Notes under the pieces: generated by a model
What the model saw: the letters and a program-made list of their open reading frames with translations, nothing else
Told to the model about the DNA's origin: nothing
Database searches by the model: none
Program-made: the position numbers and the translations under genes
Assembly (NCBI GenBank): GCA_018660265.1
Contig: JABJKS010000057.1
Location: 66,506 to 130,505, forward strand
Origin: Rhodospirillaceae bacterium
GTDB taxonomy: Bacteria > Pseudomonadota > Alphaproteobacteria > GCA-2731375
DNA length: 64,000 nucleotides
Reading direction: 5' to 3'
Shown: positions 19,785 to 30,578 of the stretch, one piece after another
Position numbering within the stretch: position 1 is the first letter of the stretch
Layout of the letters: the number at the start of each line of letters is the position of its first letter

Positions 19785-20927
19785 TTGAACATGGCCGAAC
19801 CTGAACAGATCTATCTGGATTATAACGCCACGGCCCCCGCCCGGGCGGAAGTCATTGCCCTGGTCGGTGAAATCATGGCGACCGTGGGTAACGCCTCATC
19901 CGTACATCGGGCCGGGCGCAAGGCCCGGCAGCGCGTGGATACAGCCCGCCGGCAGGTCGCTGACCTTGTTGGCGCGGTGGCCCGCAATGTGATTTTCACA
20001 GGCGGCGGTACAGAGGCGGATAATCTCGCCCTGCGCGGTTTCCTACCCCGGCGTCTGATCGTCTCCGGCATTGAACATGGTGCCATTTTATCCCCTGCCC
20101 TGTTGCTGGACCGGGATGCGATCATCGTCGATGTGGATGCGCAAGGGCGCATCAAACTAGACGCCCTGAAAGTGGCATTGGAAGCAACGGAAGGCCCCGC
20201 CCTGGTCTCTCTTATGCTGGCCAACAACGAAACCGGTGTGATCCAACCGGTGGCGGAAGCCGCGGCGATCGCCCATGAATACGGCGCGCTGGTACATTGC
20301 GACGTCATTCAGGGTGCCGGGAAAATTCCCGTCGATATCGAGGCCCTGGGCGTTGATCTGATGTCCATATCGGCCCACAAGTTTGGCGGGCCGCAAGGGG
20401 TCGGTGCCCTGGTGATGCGCGAAGATCGCACTATTTTGGCCCAGATGGCTGGCGGCGGTCAGGAAATGGGCCGTCGTTCGGGCACGGAAAATGTCGCGGG
20501 CATAGCAGGTTTTGGCGAAGCCGCACGCCTTGCAGCGCAGGACCTGACGAAATTCGCCGAACTGGCGGACCTGCGGAATAGAATGGAAGACCGTCTGGGG
20601 CAAATCGCACCCGGGCGCAGAATTTTCGGCGCTGATGCACCCCGTGTCGCAAACACCTCGTGCGTGACCATGCCCGGTGTACGATCCGATACCCAGGTCA
20701 TGGCCCTTGATCTGGCGGGTATCGCCGTTAGTGCGGGATCAGCCTGTTCGTCCGGCAAAGTCTCCGCCAGCCACGTGTTGGATGCCATGGGCATTGAAAT
20801 GGACGAGGCGATGACGGCGATACGTATCAGCCTGGGTCGTGATACGACACGGGAGGAGATTGAGCATTTTCTGACCGCCTGGGCGGACATCTATCGCCGC
20901 AACAGCAGCCGTACCAACGCTGCTTAA
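19785..20927 (+). CDS. Cysteine desulfurase (class V aminotransferase, NifS/IscS-like)
   Basis: PLP-Lys region SISAHKFGGPQGVGAL and the active-site Cys loop SAGSACSSG. Confidence 0.85.
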   Translation: MNMAEPEQIYLDYNATAPARAEVIALVGEIMATVGNASSVHRAGRKARQRVDTARRQVADLVGAVARNVIFTGGGTEADNLALRGFLPRRLIVSGIEHGAILSPALLLDRDAIIVDVDAQGRIKLDALKVALEATEGPALVSLMLANNETGVIQPVAEAAAIAHEYGALVHCDVIQGAGKIPVDIEALGVDLMSISAHKFGGPQGVGALVMREDRTILAQMAGGGQEMGRRSGTENVAGIAGFGEAARLAAQDLTKFAELADLRNRMEDRLGQIAPGRRIFGADAPRVANTSCVTMPGVRSDTQVMALDLAGIAVSAGSACSSGKVSASHVLDAMGIEMDEAMTAIRISLGRDTTREEIEHFLTAWADIYRRNSSRTNAA

Positions 20928-21278
20928 TTGTCCGAAAGCCCTCTATTGCCACAGATCATTTTTTTGAGCCCGGACGGCAGTCAACGATGGGAGGTCGAGG
21001 CCCCCATCGGTGTGTCTGTGATGGAAACAGCCGTGGCCAATGGCATCGACATGGAGGGTACATGCGAGGGCAACATGGCGTGTTCCACGTGCCATGTCAT
21101 CGTTGACCCCAGCTGGGAGCTGAAATTGCCCCTCCCGGCAGAGGAGGAGGAGGATATGCTGGACCTGGTTTATGGCCTGGCCCCGACCTCTCGTCTGTGC
21201 TGCCAGATCATCATGACGGCAGAGCTGGACGGACTAGTCGTCCGCCTGCCCAGCGAAAGCCGAAATTTGTTGGGGTAA
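20928..21278 (+). CDS. [2Fe-2S] ferredoxin (adrenodoxin-type)
   Basis: Cys ligands in CEGNMACSTCHV...C. A non-ATG (TTG) start is implied, so the start is uncertain. Confidence 0.75.
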   Translation: MSESPLLPQIIFLSPDGSQRWEVEAPIGVSVMETAVANGIDMEGTCEGNMACSTCHVIVDPSWELKLPLPAEEEEDMLDLVYGLAPTSRLCCQIIMTAELDGLVVRLPSESRNLLG

Positions 21279-21299
21279 GCCCGGCTATCCACGCAACAA

Positions 21300-22754
21300 C
21301 TACGGCTTCAATTTTTCCCGTAGCAACTGGTTGACCATTTGCGGATTGGCTTTGCCCTTGGTGGCCTGCATAATCTGACCCACGAACCAACCCAGGACTT
21401 TATCCTTACCGCCCCGAAATTCGGCAACCTTGTCCGCATTCGCCGCGATGACTTTGTCAATTTCGCCTTCAATAGCGCCGGTATCTGAAACCTGTTTCAG
21501 GCCTTTTTCTTCGACAATCACACTCGCGTCCTGACCGCTTTCGAACATGGTCTCCAGGACATCCTTGGCGATTTTGCCCGATATGGTGCCGTCCGTGATC
21601 AGATCGATCAGACCGCCCAACTGCGCCGCACTGATGGGACTGTCGGCCACCTCTAATTCTGCTTTCCCAAGCAGCGCAAAAAAGTCGCCCTGGACCCAGT
21701 TGGCAGCAACCTTCGCTTCACGCCCTGTGGCAACCTCTTCGAAAAAGACGGCGATATCCCGCTCGCTCACCAGAACCTGGGCGTCATGCTCAGACAATCC
21801 TAATTCCGCCATATAGCGTTTTTTCTTGGCATCGGGCAGTTCGGGCAAAGTGGCGCGAATGCCGTCAACGAATTCGTCCGAGAATTCCAGGGGCAGCAAA
21901 TCGGGGTCCGGGAAATACCGGTAATCATGCGCCTCTTCCTTGGAGCGCATGGGCCGTGTTGTGCCGGTCTGGCTATCAAACAGGCGGGTTTCCTGATCGA
22001 TGGAACCGCCGTCTTCCAATATGTCGATCTGCCGTGATGTCTCGTAGTGAATAGCCTGTTGCATAAAACGAATGGAGTTAACGTTCTTGATCTCGGCCCG
22101 GGTACCCAGTTCATCACCAGGATGGCGGACCGAGACATTCACATCCGCCCGCATGGAGCCTTCCTCCATATTGCCATCGCAGGTGCCCAAATAACGCAAT
22201 ATGGCGCGCACTTTGCGCACATAGGCCCCCGCCTCCTCGGCCGAGCGCATGTCAGGCTTGGAGACGATTTCCATCAACGCGACGCCGGAACGGTTCAGAT
22301 CCACGTGCGTTTTGGTTGGATGCCGGTCATGGATCGACTTGCCCGCATCCTGTTCCAGATGCAGGCGTTCGACACCAATATCCCGGCTGCTGCCATCCTC
22401 CAGATCGACCGTGATGACACCTTCGCCAACGATGGGTTGGAGGTATTGGGAAATCTGATAACCCTGGGGCAGATCAGCGTAGAAATAGTTTTTCCGATCA
22501 AATACCGAATAGGTGTTGATCTTGGCATTCAGGCCCAACCCGCTGCGCACAGCCTGTTCCACTGCCACTTCGTTGATCACCGGCAACATGCCCGGCATAC
22601 CGGCATCGACCAGGCTGACCTGGCTGTTTGCCGCGGCACCAAACGCGGTTGCGGCACCGGAAAACAGTTTCGATTGCGAGATCACCTGGGCATGAACTTC
22701 CAAGCCGATGACCACTTCCCATCGCCCCGTCGCACCTTCCACCAGGTTGCTCAT
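21300..22754 (-). CDS. gatB: Asp-tRNA(Asn)/Glu-tRNA(Gln) amidotransferase subunit B
   Basis: Conserved GatB sequence. Start MSNLVEG. There is a 4-bp overlap with gatA. Confidence 0.9.
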   Translation of the reverse strand: MSNLVEGATGRWEVVIGLEVHAQVISQSKLFSGAATAFGAAANSQVSLVDAGMPGMLPVINEVAVEQAVRSGLGLNAKINTYSVFDRKNYFYADLPQGYQISQYLQPIVGEGVITVDLEDGSSRDIGVERLHLEQDAGKSIHDRHPTKTHVDLNRSGVALMEIVSKPDMRSAEEAGAYVRKVRAILRYLGTCDGNMEEGSMRADVNVSVRHPGDELGTRAEIKNVNSIRFMQQAIHYETSRQIDILEDGGSIDQETRLFDSQTGTTRPMRSKEEAHDYRYFPDPDLLPLEFSDEFVDGIRATLPELPDAKKKRYMAELGLSEHDAQVLVSERDIAVFFEEVATGREAKVAANWVQGDFFALLGKAELEVADSPISAAQLGGLIDLITDGTISGKIAKDVLETMFESGQDASVIVEEKGLKQVSDTGAIEGEIDKVIAANADKVAEFRGGKDKVLGWFVGQIMQATKGKANPQMVNQLLREKLKP

Positions 22755-24253
22755 GATGCACTCCTCCACCATTTTTCGGGCTGGGCGGTGAAAGCGGCAG
22801 CCTCCTCCAAGACACCGGCGATACGGTACATGGTCTCTTCATCAAACGCCGGTGCCAGCACCTGCAGGCCCAGGGGCAGGCCTTCGTCGGACAAACCAGC
22901 CGGGATCGAGATCCCGGGCAGGCCCGCCAGATTGGCCGTCACCGTGAAGACATCGTTGAGATACATCGAGATGGGATCATCGGATTTCTCGCCAATGGCA
23001 AAGGCCGCGGATGGTGCCGACGGTGTCAAAATGGCATCCACCTGTTCGTAGACATCGCGGAAATCCTGCGTGATCAGGCGGCGCACTTTTTGCGCCTTCA
23101 GGTAATAGGCATCATAGTAGCCGGCGGACAAAACATAGGTGCCAATCAGAACACGGCGACGGACCTCAGCGCCGAAACCGGCGGCACGGGTGTTCTCATA
23201 CATCTCCGTCAGGTCACTGCCATCGACCCGCAGACCAAAGCGCACGCCGTCATAACGGGCCAGGTTTGATGACGCTTCAGCCGGCGCGATGATGTAATAG
23301 GCCGGTAAAGCGTACTTCGTATGAGGCAGGGAAATATCAACAATTTCCGCGCCTGCATCTTTTAGCCAGCCGATGCCCTGTTGCCACAGGGCCTCTATCT
23401 CCACCGGCATCCCGTCGAGAACGAATTCTTTGGGTACGCCAATTTTCAAACCACGCACATCACCGGTCAATGCGGCTTCAAAGTCCGGCACTGCTTTATT
23501 GGCCGAGGTTGAATCTTTCGGGTCATAGCCTGCCATGGCACCCAGCATGATGGCGTTGTCACGCACAGAGCGAGTGATAGGCCCGGCCTGATCGAGTGAG
23601 GAGGCGAATGCCACCACGCCCCAGCGGGAACAACGCCCATAGGTGGGCTTGCAGCCTACGGTGCCCGTAAAAGAAGCCGGTTGGCGGATAGAGCCGCCTG
23701 TATCCGTCGCCGTCGCGGCCATGGCAAAACGTCCCGCCACTGCAGTCGCAGAACCGCCCGATGAACCACCGGGCACAAGGTTGCGGTTATCGCCTCCATC
23801 GCCCTGGCGCCGCCAGGGATTATGAACCGGACCGTAATAGGAAGTTTCGTTGGACGACCCCATGGCGAATTCATCCATGTTCGTCTTGCCCAACATCACC
23901 GCGCCGGCTTTCCACAGCTTGTCCGTCACCGTACTTTCATAAGGCGGCTTGAAACCGTCCAGGATATGACTGCCTGCGGTGGTCAACACATCGTTGGTAC
24001 AGAAAAGATCTTTGATAGCCAGCGGAATGCCCTCAAGGGCGCCGACCTCTCCCCCATCGGCTTGGGCGCGGCGCGCATCAGAGGCCGCGGCCATTGCCTT
24101 GGCCTGCGCTGGCGTTTCCGTGATCATGGCGTTCAAAGATTGCGCCTCTGCCATGGCGACGCTATGTGCCGTCGTCAGCTCCACCGATGAAACTTCGCCC
24201 TTGGACAGCAGGTCGCGCGCCTCGGCGATACCGATTTCCGTTAGCTCTGCCAT
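22751..24253 (-). CDS. gatA: Asp-tRNA(Asn)/Glu-tRNA(Gln) amidotransferase subunit A
   Basis: Amidase signature [12 protein letters not shown]. Confidence 0.9.
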   Translation of the reverse strand: MAELTEIGIAEARDLLSKGEVSSVELTTAHSVAMAEAQSLNAMITETPAQAKAMAAASDARRAQADGGEVGALEGIPLAIKDLFCTNDVLTTAGSHILDGFKPPYESTVTDKLWKAGAVMLGKTNMDEFAMGSSNETSYYGPVHNPWRRQGDGGDNRNLVPGGSSGGSATAVAGRFAMAATATDTGGSIRQPASFTGTVGCKPTYGRCSRWGVVAFASSLDQAGPITRSVRDNAIMLGAMAGYDPKDSTSANKAVPDFEAALTGDVRGLKIGVPKEFVLDGMPVEIEALWQQGIGWLKDAGAEIVDISLPHTKYALPAYYIIAPAEASSNLARYDGVRFGLRVDGSDLTEMYENTRAAGFGAEVRRRVLIGTYVLSAGYYDAYYLKAQKVRRLITQDFRDVYEQVDAILTPSAPSAAFAIGEKSDDPISMYLNDVFTVTANLAGLPGISIPAGLSDEGLPLGLQVLAPAFDEETMYRIAGVLEEAAAFTAQPEKWWRSAS

Positions 24254-24552
24254 TATTCGATCACTTTCGGAACGGTGAAAAATGCCCCATCGCCGTCATT
24301 GTCGCCGTCAGGTGCATTGGCCACCACGTCGGCCTGTTTGCCACCATCATTGATGACATCGGCGCGCCAACGCAGGGCCTCATCATGAACAGATGCCATG
24401 GGGGGCACGGTTTCCGTATCCACCTCGTTCAATTGTTCGATCCAATTCAGAATACCCGACAGCTCCGCTGCGAGGGGCTCTAACTCGTCCTCCCCAACGC
24501 CAATACGGGCCAGATGGGCGATGCGTGCAACCGTGGCTTTATCGACCGACAT
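24253..24552 (-). CDS. gatC: Asp-tRNA(Asn)/Glu-tRNA(Gln) amidotransferase subunit C
   Basis: 99-aa product starting [17 protein letters not shown], immediately upstream of gatA. The longer ORF extending to 24903 is rejected. Confidence 0.8.
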   Translation of the reverse strand: MSVDKATVARIAHLARIGVGEDELEPLAAELSGILNWIEQLNEVDTETVPPMASVHDEALRWRADVINDGGKQADVVANAPDGDNDGDGAFFTVPKVIE

Positions 24553-24634
24553 GTGCGACCTTTCCGGTCTGTAGAAATTCATGAAATTGCGCCCAAGGTA
24601 AGCTTCCTGGCGCGCGCGGAAGCTAACATTCGAT

Positions 24635-25108
24635 ATGCCCACGATCAAGCCCGAGGCGCTACGCAGCGCCGTACCCATACCACAAAGATTGCTTGGCCTG
24701 GACCTAGGCAGCAAGACCATCGGCCTGGCCCTATCCGACACCACCTGGGCCATCGCCACGCCACTGGAAACAATACGGCGGAAAAAATTCACGATTGACG
24801 TCGAACGCCTGTTTGCCCTGGTGGATGAGCACGAGGTCGGGGCCCTGGTTCTGGGTCTGCCTTTCAATATGGATGGCAGCGAAGGGCCCAGGTGCCAATC
24901 CACCCGCGCCTTTGCCCAAAACGTCCTGGAACGCCGCGATATGGCAATTGTCTTTCAGGACGAACGCCTGTCCACGGCCGCCGTCCAGCGCATGTTGGTG
25001 GACGAAATGGACAGCACCCGCAAGACCCGGGCCCAGGTGGTGGATAAGCTGGCCGCAGCCTATATCCTGCAAGGCCTTCTGGACCGCCTGAATATGCAGC
25101 AAGGTTGA
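24635..25108 (+). CDS. ruvX: Holliday-junction resolvase-like RNase RuvX (YqgF)
   Basis: LLGLDLGSKTIGLALSD N-terminal RNase H-like motif. Confidence 0.85.
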   Translation: MPTIKPEALRSAVPIPQRLLGLDLGSKTIGLALSDTTWAIATPLETIRRKKFTIDVERLFALVDEHEVGALVLGLPFNMDGSEGPRCQSTRAFAQNVLERRDMAIVFQDERLSTAAVQRMLVDEMDSTRKTRAQVVDKLAAAYILQGLLDRLNMQQG

Positions 25109-25323
25109 GCGCAATGCCGGATACTCTGAAGCTTGCTATTATCACGGATATTCATCACGGCCCGGACAAATTGGCCAACCTGCCCGTACCCAATCATCAC
25201 ATTCTTGGCAATCACGACCAAGTTCACCTTACCAGCGGCAATCCGGCCGGGCCCACCAACCGCTATCAACCCACGCTCCACGCAAGTGACCTGGCAGCTC
25301 TGGCCAACCTGCTGCTGGGATAG
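25105..25323 (+). pseudogene. Likely remnant of a metallophosphoesterase gene
   Basis: The 72-aa ORF carries calcineurin-like motifs (LAIITDIHHG, ILGNHDQ) compressed into a length far too short for the fold. The ATGA overlap with ruvX suggests a formerly coupled gene. Confidence 0.35.
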
Positions 25324-25331
25324 GTCAAGCC

Positions 25332-26255
25332 ATGGCCGCCACACTTTCAATTATCCTGCCGATCTTCATGTTGTTGGGACTGGGATGGTTGTTGCGCCTG
25401 CGCCGTTTCCCGGGCGAGGAATTTTGGCGGTTGCTGGACCCCTTGGTCTATTTCATTTTATTCCCGGCCCTGTTGGTGCGGAATTTTGCCAACGTGGATG
25501 TCTCCCAGTTGGATGTCCTGCCGGCCGCCGGTGCCGCCGTTGCCGCCGTTTTAATAGCAGCCGCACTTCTATTGCTGGTGCGTCGGCATTTATCCGTAGA
25601 CGGACCCGCCTTTACCTCTCTGGTGCAAAGTACCATTCGTTTTAATTCATATATGGGTTTCGCGATTGCAGCCGGGCTGTATCAGGATGCCGGCGTGACG
25701 GTCTTCTCGGTTGTCGTTGCCTTTGTCACACCGTTGGCCAATCTGATCTCGGTCGTAGCCCTGGGCCGCTATGGCGAAGGACACAATCATGGCCGTGAGA
25801 ATAAGCGGCAATTGCTGTTCGCTTTGATCAGCAACCCTTTGATTTTGGCCGTCGTATTGGGCGTTTTCTTGAGCCTGAGCGGTATTGGCCTGCCATGGGT
25901 GCTGGACCCATTTCTCGATATTCTGGGACGCGCCGCCTTGCCACTGGGTTTATTGGCGGCGGGCGCAGGACTTGACCTCAAGGCTTTGCGAAAAAGCGGT
26001 CGGGCCGTCGCTGTCGCTTGTCTGGGGCGGTTAATACTAATGCCCCTTCTCGTCCTGGCGATGATCTGGGTTTTCAAAGTTGAAGGTTTGGGCCGAATGG
26101 CGGTTTTGATCTACGCCATAATGCCGGTGCCGCCGGGCAGCTATATTTTGGCGCGGCAGTTAGGCGGCGATGCGACCCTGCTGGCCACAATCATTGCAGC
26201 GACGACACTAATTGCCGTCGCGACGGTACCCATATGGATCTTTATTTTGAGCTGA
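25332..26255 (+). CDS. AEC-family (auxin efflux carrier / malate permease-like) transporter
   Basis: 307 aa with about 10 TM helices and a typical AEC N-terminus. Confidence 0.8.
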   Translation: MAATLSIILPIFMLLGLGWLLRLRRFPGEEFWRLLDPLVYFILFPALLVRNFANVDVSQLDVLPAAGAAVAAVLIAAALLLLVRRHLSVDGPAFTSLVQSTIRFNSYMGFAIAAGLYQDAGVTVFSVVVAFVTPLANLISVVALGRYGEGHNHGRENKRQLLFALISNPLILAVVLGVFLSLSGIGLPWVLDPFLDILGRAALPLGLLAAGAGLDLKALRKSGRAVAVACLGRLILMPLLVLAMIWVFKVEGLGRMAVLIYAIMPVPPGSYILARQLGGDATLLATIIAATTLIAVATVPIWIFILS

Positions 26256-26326
26256 AATGGCGTACACGCTACAAAATTTGTGATAGATAAGTACTAAGCT
26301 ACAAAGACGCATACGCCCATCAGCGG

Positions 26327-28276
26327 ATGCTATTTAGCATAAAAAAATTTTCGGTAGAATCCGTGGCAGACAACACTAACTTGGACATTTTGGCAGACAG
26401 TTTCGAAGGCCTTGAAATTGGCCTGGTGACCCTGGATTCCGATATGCATATACTGAGTGCAAACAAAAAACTCCAAGAAATCCTGGAAATTCCGCCAAAC
26501 ATTCTGCAAACGTCAATTGATTTTACGGAAGTTGTTGAATTTGTCCATACGCGTGGGGACTTTGCCACAGCCGGCATTGAAGTCACCGTTAATAAGTTGA
26601 TGGAAGGACTTCGCTGTCGGCAGCTACGCAGCCATGAATACGATACGGCTGATGGTGGACATATCCGGTGTGACATCCGACCCGTTGGAAAAGATAGCTT
26701 GATGCTCTCCTTTCAGCGCTCAGCTGTCGGGGAAGCAATTGCCAGTGCGTTAGAGGAAAGCGAAGGTCGCCTGAGTGATTTCGCGGAAGCTGGGTCTGAT
26801 TGGTTTTGGGAAATGGACGAAAACTATAAATATACTTGGTTTTCGGACAACTACGAACGAACCTACGGCATTAAGGCAGAAACAAGATATGGTAATAGCC
26901 GCCTGGACCTGATTGTTGAATGGGCAGATACCAATGGTGCCTGGCAACATCGTAAATGCCTCGAAGAACGACGCCCGTTCACCGATGTCATCTCCCGACC
27001 CAAGCTGGATGGTGGCGAAGAACGATGGATCAAGGCGTCCGGCGCACCCTTCTTTGACAGTTACGGAGAATTCCGCGGCTATCGTGGGGTTTCATCAGAT
27101 ATAACGGAAGAACTGGTACAGCGACGTCGGGTCGTTTCGGAGAATGAACGCATCGCGACGGCCATGGATCGTTTCAATGAAGCCATCGCCCTGTTCGATG
27201 ACCAGGATCGATTGATATTTTGCAACAAAGCCTTTCACGAATTGAATTCCCGGATTAGCGATATGATCGTGCCCGGCATCACATTTGAGGAAATTGTCAG
27301 GGCCAACATTGGCAAAGGCCATTTCAGCGAAATGGGCGATAAGAGCGAACAATTTGTCCAAAGCCGTCTGAGAAAATTTTATCATCCCGAAGAACCAGTC
27401 GACCTGGAACTGCACAGTGGTGTGTGGCTGCGAGTCAGCATCAAGGCCTTGGAAAATGGCGAACGGGCTGTAGTTTCCAATGATATTACCGGTTTGAAGC
27501 GCGCAGAGACGGAACTGCGCGCCGCCAAGGAGCAGGCGGAGCAAGCCAATCGGGCCAAATCAATGTTTCTGGCAAATATGAGCCACGAACTCCGCACACC
27601 CTTGAATGCGATCTCCGGCTTCTCGGAAATCATCGGGCAAGAACTGTTTGGCCCCCTGGGCAATCCCAGTTACGTCGAATACGCCACGGACATTCACGCC
27701 AGTGGTCAGCATCTGCTAGCGATCATCAATGATATCCTTGATCTGTCCAGGATCGAGGAAGGTCAGGATGAGTTGGAGGAATCAGAATCTGCCATCGATT
27801 TTGTCATCGAATCCTGTATGCCCCTAGTACGTGAACGGGCAGCGGCAGCGGAAATAACAATCACCCAAGATATCGCCACGGATCTGCCGCGGGTCATTCT
27901 GGATGTTCGTCGGATGAAGCAAATTCTTATCAACTTGCTGTCGAACGCCATCAAATTCACCGAACCCGGCGGAGAGATCGTTATCGGTGCGAAGCTTGAT
28001 GAAGCTGGAAGTATGAAACTGATGGTGCGGGATACGGGCATCGGAATAGAGCCTGAAGATATCCCCACGGCGCTGGAACCTTTTGGGCAAATTGAAAGCT
28101 CCCTCTCCCGTCGCTACGAGGGTACGGGGCTTGGCTTATCCCTGGCCAAGCAGCTTGCCGAAGCCCACAATGGTGAATTGAAAATTACCAGCGAATTGGG
28201 CGTTGGGACCAACGTGCAAATTATCCTGCCGCCGGAACGATTGGTATCAACAAAAACAATCGAGAACGAACCGTAA
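26327..28276 (+). CDS. PAS/PAC-domain sensor histidine kinase with no adjacent response regulator
   Basis: HisKA H-box SHELRTPLNAISGFSE. HATPase N, G1 and G2 boxes. Multiple PAS/PAC domains upstream. Confidence 0.85.
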   Translation: MLFSIKKFSVESVADNTNLDILADSFEGLEIGLVTLDSDMHILSANKKLQEILEIPPNILQTSIDFTEVVEFVHTRGDFATAGIEVTVNKLMEGLRCRQLRSHEYDTADGGHIRCDIRPVGKDSLMLSFQRSAVGEAIASALEESEGRLSDFAEAGSDWFWEMDENYKYTWFSDNYERTYGIKAETRYGNSRLDLIVEWADTNGAWQHRKCLEERRPFTDVISRPKLDGGEERWIKASGAPFFDSYGEFRGYRGVSSDITEELVQRRRVVSENERIATAMDRFNEAIALFDDQDRLIFCNKAFHELNSRISDMIVPGITFEEIVRANIGKGHFSEMGDKSEQFVQSRLRKFYHPEEPVDLELHSGVWLRVSIKALENGERAVVSNDITGLKRAETELRAAKEQAEQANRAKSMFLANMSHELRTPLNAISGFSEIIGQELFGPLGNPSYVEYATDIHASGQHLLAIINDILDLSRIEEGQDELEESESAIDFVIESCMPLVRERAAAAEITITQDIATDLPRVILDVRRMKQILINLLSNAIKFTEPGGEIVIGAKLDEAGSMKLMVRDTGIGIEPEDIPTALEPFGQIESSLSRRYEGTGLGLSLAKQLAEAHNGELKITSELGVGTNVQIILPPERLVSTKTIENEP

Positions 28277-28359
28277 AGGTAATTTCTCGGAGCCAGCGCA
28301 GGTAGTTCAGGCCGTTCAGATCATTCCGCAAGATGCGTCTTAAACCATCCTAAAACGGC

Positions 28360-29229
28360 TTAAAACGGCTTATCGCCCTTCAAGGTCACCCGATGCAACA
28401 GGCGGGTATGACCATGATAATCGTTGACCGGATAGTGCTGGGCGCAACGATTATCCCAAAATGCCAGGGACCCGGGCCGCCAAATGAAACGGCAGCTAAA
28501 TTCCGGCTGGATCTGATGGCGATAGAGATAGTCCAAGATCGGCGTGCTTTCCGCCTCAGTCATGCCGCCAAAACGCACAGTATGGCCGGTGTTGACGTAC
28601 AACGCCTTGCGGCCGGTCTCCGGATGGGTGCGGACAACGGGATGTTCCGCCTCCATCACCTCTGCCGCCAGACCTGTGCCGCCGTCGGCGACGCGATCAC
28701 TTCTGGTTGCCGCAGCACTTCCCTTGGCCGCGCTGTTAATGGCCGTCAAACCATCAAGAAACGCTCGCAAAGGCGCCGATAAGGTTTCATAGGCCTGATA
28801 CTGATTGGCAAACAGAGTGTCCCCCCCCGCAGGCGGCAATTCCTTGGCATACAATACAGTCCCCATGGGCGGATTGGGCTGATAGACCGTATCTGAATGC
28901 CAGATACCACCAAAATTGACCGTCTCCTCCGGCAGTTTCAGGATTGGTGTAATTTCGGGATAGTCGTCCAAGCCTTTGACAAAGGGATAGATATCCGGCT
29001 CCCCAAAGCGAGAGACAAAGGCTAGCTGCTGCTTCGGCGTAATCTCCTGATCCCGGAAAAAGATCACCAGATGATCTAATAGAACCTGGCGAATATCGGC
29101 CACGGTCTCCTCCGCCAGAACTTGTGAAATATCGACGCCGCTGATTTCCGCGCCAATACCACCCGTGACGGGCTGAACCTCAATTTTAGATGCCATCGTA
29201 TAGTTGGTTACACTCATTGTTGCACTCAT
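28360..29229 (-). CDS. TauD/TfdA-family Fe(II)/2-oxoglutarate-dependent dioxygenase
   Basis: H-x-D...H facial-triad context (WHSDTVY..., ...HTRLLHR). Confidence 0.85.
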   Translation of the reverse strand: MSATMSVTNYTMASKIEVQPVTGGIGAEISGVDISQVLAEETVADIRQVLLDHLVIFFRDQEITPKQQLAFVSRFGEPDIYPFVKGLDDYPEITPILKLPEETVNFGGIWHSDTVYQPNPPMGTVLYAKELPPAGGDTLFANQYQAYETLSAPLRAFLDGLTAINSAAKGSAAATRSDRVADGGTGLAAEVMEAEHPVVRTHPETGRKALYVNTGHTVRFGGMTEAESTPILDYLYRHQIQPEFSCRFIWRPGSLAFWDNRCAQHYPVNDYHGHTRLLHRVTLKGDKPF

Positions 29230-30473
29230 CTAACTGCTGCCAGGGCTTCATTGATAGAACTTTGAAAATGCGCCAGAGCCGGTTCATTACGACCAAAAAC
29301 CAATTCAGACTGCGCCTTTGACGCAAGGCCTGATTGGATGCCCGCGCTAACAGGAAAATCTTCTTCGTCCACGGTGCGAATGGTCAAATCCATATTGCGG
29401 TCCCAATGCTGCCTGGCGCTTTCAGTTTCCACCGGCTCCGGAATTAGAAAGTCCAAATACATCACGCATTCATCGACATTGTCGGCAACAGGATAGACCC
29501 GCCATAACTCCACATGATCGATCTGCATAACCAAAACCGTATTGGGGAAAAGCACATAAACCATCGCCGTATGGGTTATCAGATCCCAGTCGGCTTCTGG
29601 CAGATCACGCAGGGTCTCGATGGACCGCCGGGGGAGGGTCTCACGCAAATGCGGGCCAAATCCATCGAACAAGCATAAATTTGGGAACAGCAAGGGTCCA
29701 ACCGTGTTGGCGTGCAGAACGCCAAAATGATAGGGTTCCAAAAAAGTATCGATCACCATTTTCCAATTGAAGTTTCGGCGCAGCACCCTGGTTTCATAAA
29801 GGTGATAGTCGGCAAAGCCATAATTCGCCAGCTCCGGGGCCAGGCCGCATAAATGGGCATCTGCATCAAGCTCCGCCCCTGGTGTTGGAATGACCCAGAT
29901 CATGCCATCACGTTCGATCGCCGGCAGTTCCACCAAGCCGCGATCTGCCTTATCCACGCCGGCAAAGCTATCCTTGTCAGGTATGCCCATCAACGCGCCT
30001 TGCAGGCTGTAGCTCCAGCCATGGTATGGGCAGCTGAAGGCCCGACCGGTCTTGCCGCAACCCTCGACCAAGCGTGCGCCGCGATGGCGGCAGACGTTTA
30101 AAAATGCCCGTACGTCGCCGCCACGGTCCCGCACGACAACAATGGGCACGCCGGAATAATCATCTGTCAGGAAATCACCGGCGTTCGGCAATTGGCCGCT
30201 TAGCCCCATCAACAGCGGGTATTTCCGAAACAGGATTTCCTTTTCCCGGGCCAACCGTTCGGGCGAGTCGTAAGCGGATGTTGCATGGTACATAACATCA
30301 GGTGCCAGGGCCGTCGTATTCGCGTCCAGATGCGCAAATACTTCCCGCGTTAGTCGCACTTGCGTTGCATGCTCCACGTCGCCCACCCCTTGCCTTACGC
30401 CACAACAGTACATAGCAGATAAACGAAATTCCGGCCCTTTGTCACACGAAAAGTCTGCGACACATTGCAGCAC
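29226..30473 (-). CDS. Rieske [2Fe-2S] non-heme-iron oxygenase, catalytic alpha subunit
   Basis: CRHRG-x16-CPYHGW Rieske motif plus a C-terminal mononuclear-iron domain. ATGA overlap with the TauD gene. The start is uncertain. Confidence 0.8.
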   Translation of the reverse strand: MLQCVADFSCDKGPEFRLSAMYCCGVRQGVGDVEHATQVRLTREVFAHLDANTTALAPDVMYHATSAYDSPERLAREKEILFRKYPLLMGLSGQLPNAGDFLTDDYSGVPIVVVRDRGGDVRAFLNVCRHRGARLVEGCGKTGRAFSCPYHGWSYSLQGALMGIPDKDSFAGVDKADRGLVELPAIERDGMIWVIPTPGAELDADAHLCGLAPELANYGFADYHLYETRVLRRNFNWKMVIDTFLEPYHFGVLHANTVGPLLFPNLCLFDGFGPHLRETLPRRSIETLRDLPEADWDLITHTAMVYVLFPNTVLVMQIDHVELWRVYPVADNVDECVMYLDFLIPEPVETESARQHWDRNMDLTIRTVDEEDFPVSAGIQSGLASKAQSELVFGRNEPALAHFQSSINEALAAVR

Positions 30474-30578
30474 ATTTTGATCCGTATTAATATTCGTTAA
30501 GCATAAATTATGTTATTTGCCTTGAAATGCCGACGACGTAGCTTTGATAGCCGAACGCGGGATAAGGAAACCACAGTG

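Noticed and set aside
22047-23051. 334-aa + strand ORF
   Set aside because: It is antisense to gatB and gatA, which are highly conserved. It has no motifs and is typical of antisense ORFs in GC-rich DNA.
24253-24903. 216-aa extended ORF upstream of gatC
   Set aside because: Only the C-terminal 99 aa (from MSVDKATV at 24552) correspond to GatC. The N-terminal extension overlaps ruvX on the other strand and is Arg/Ser-rich junk.
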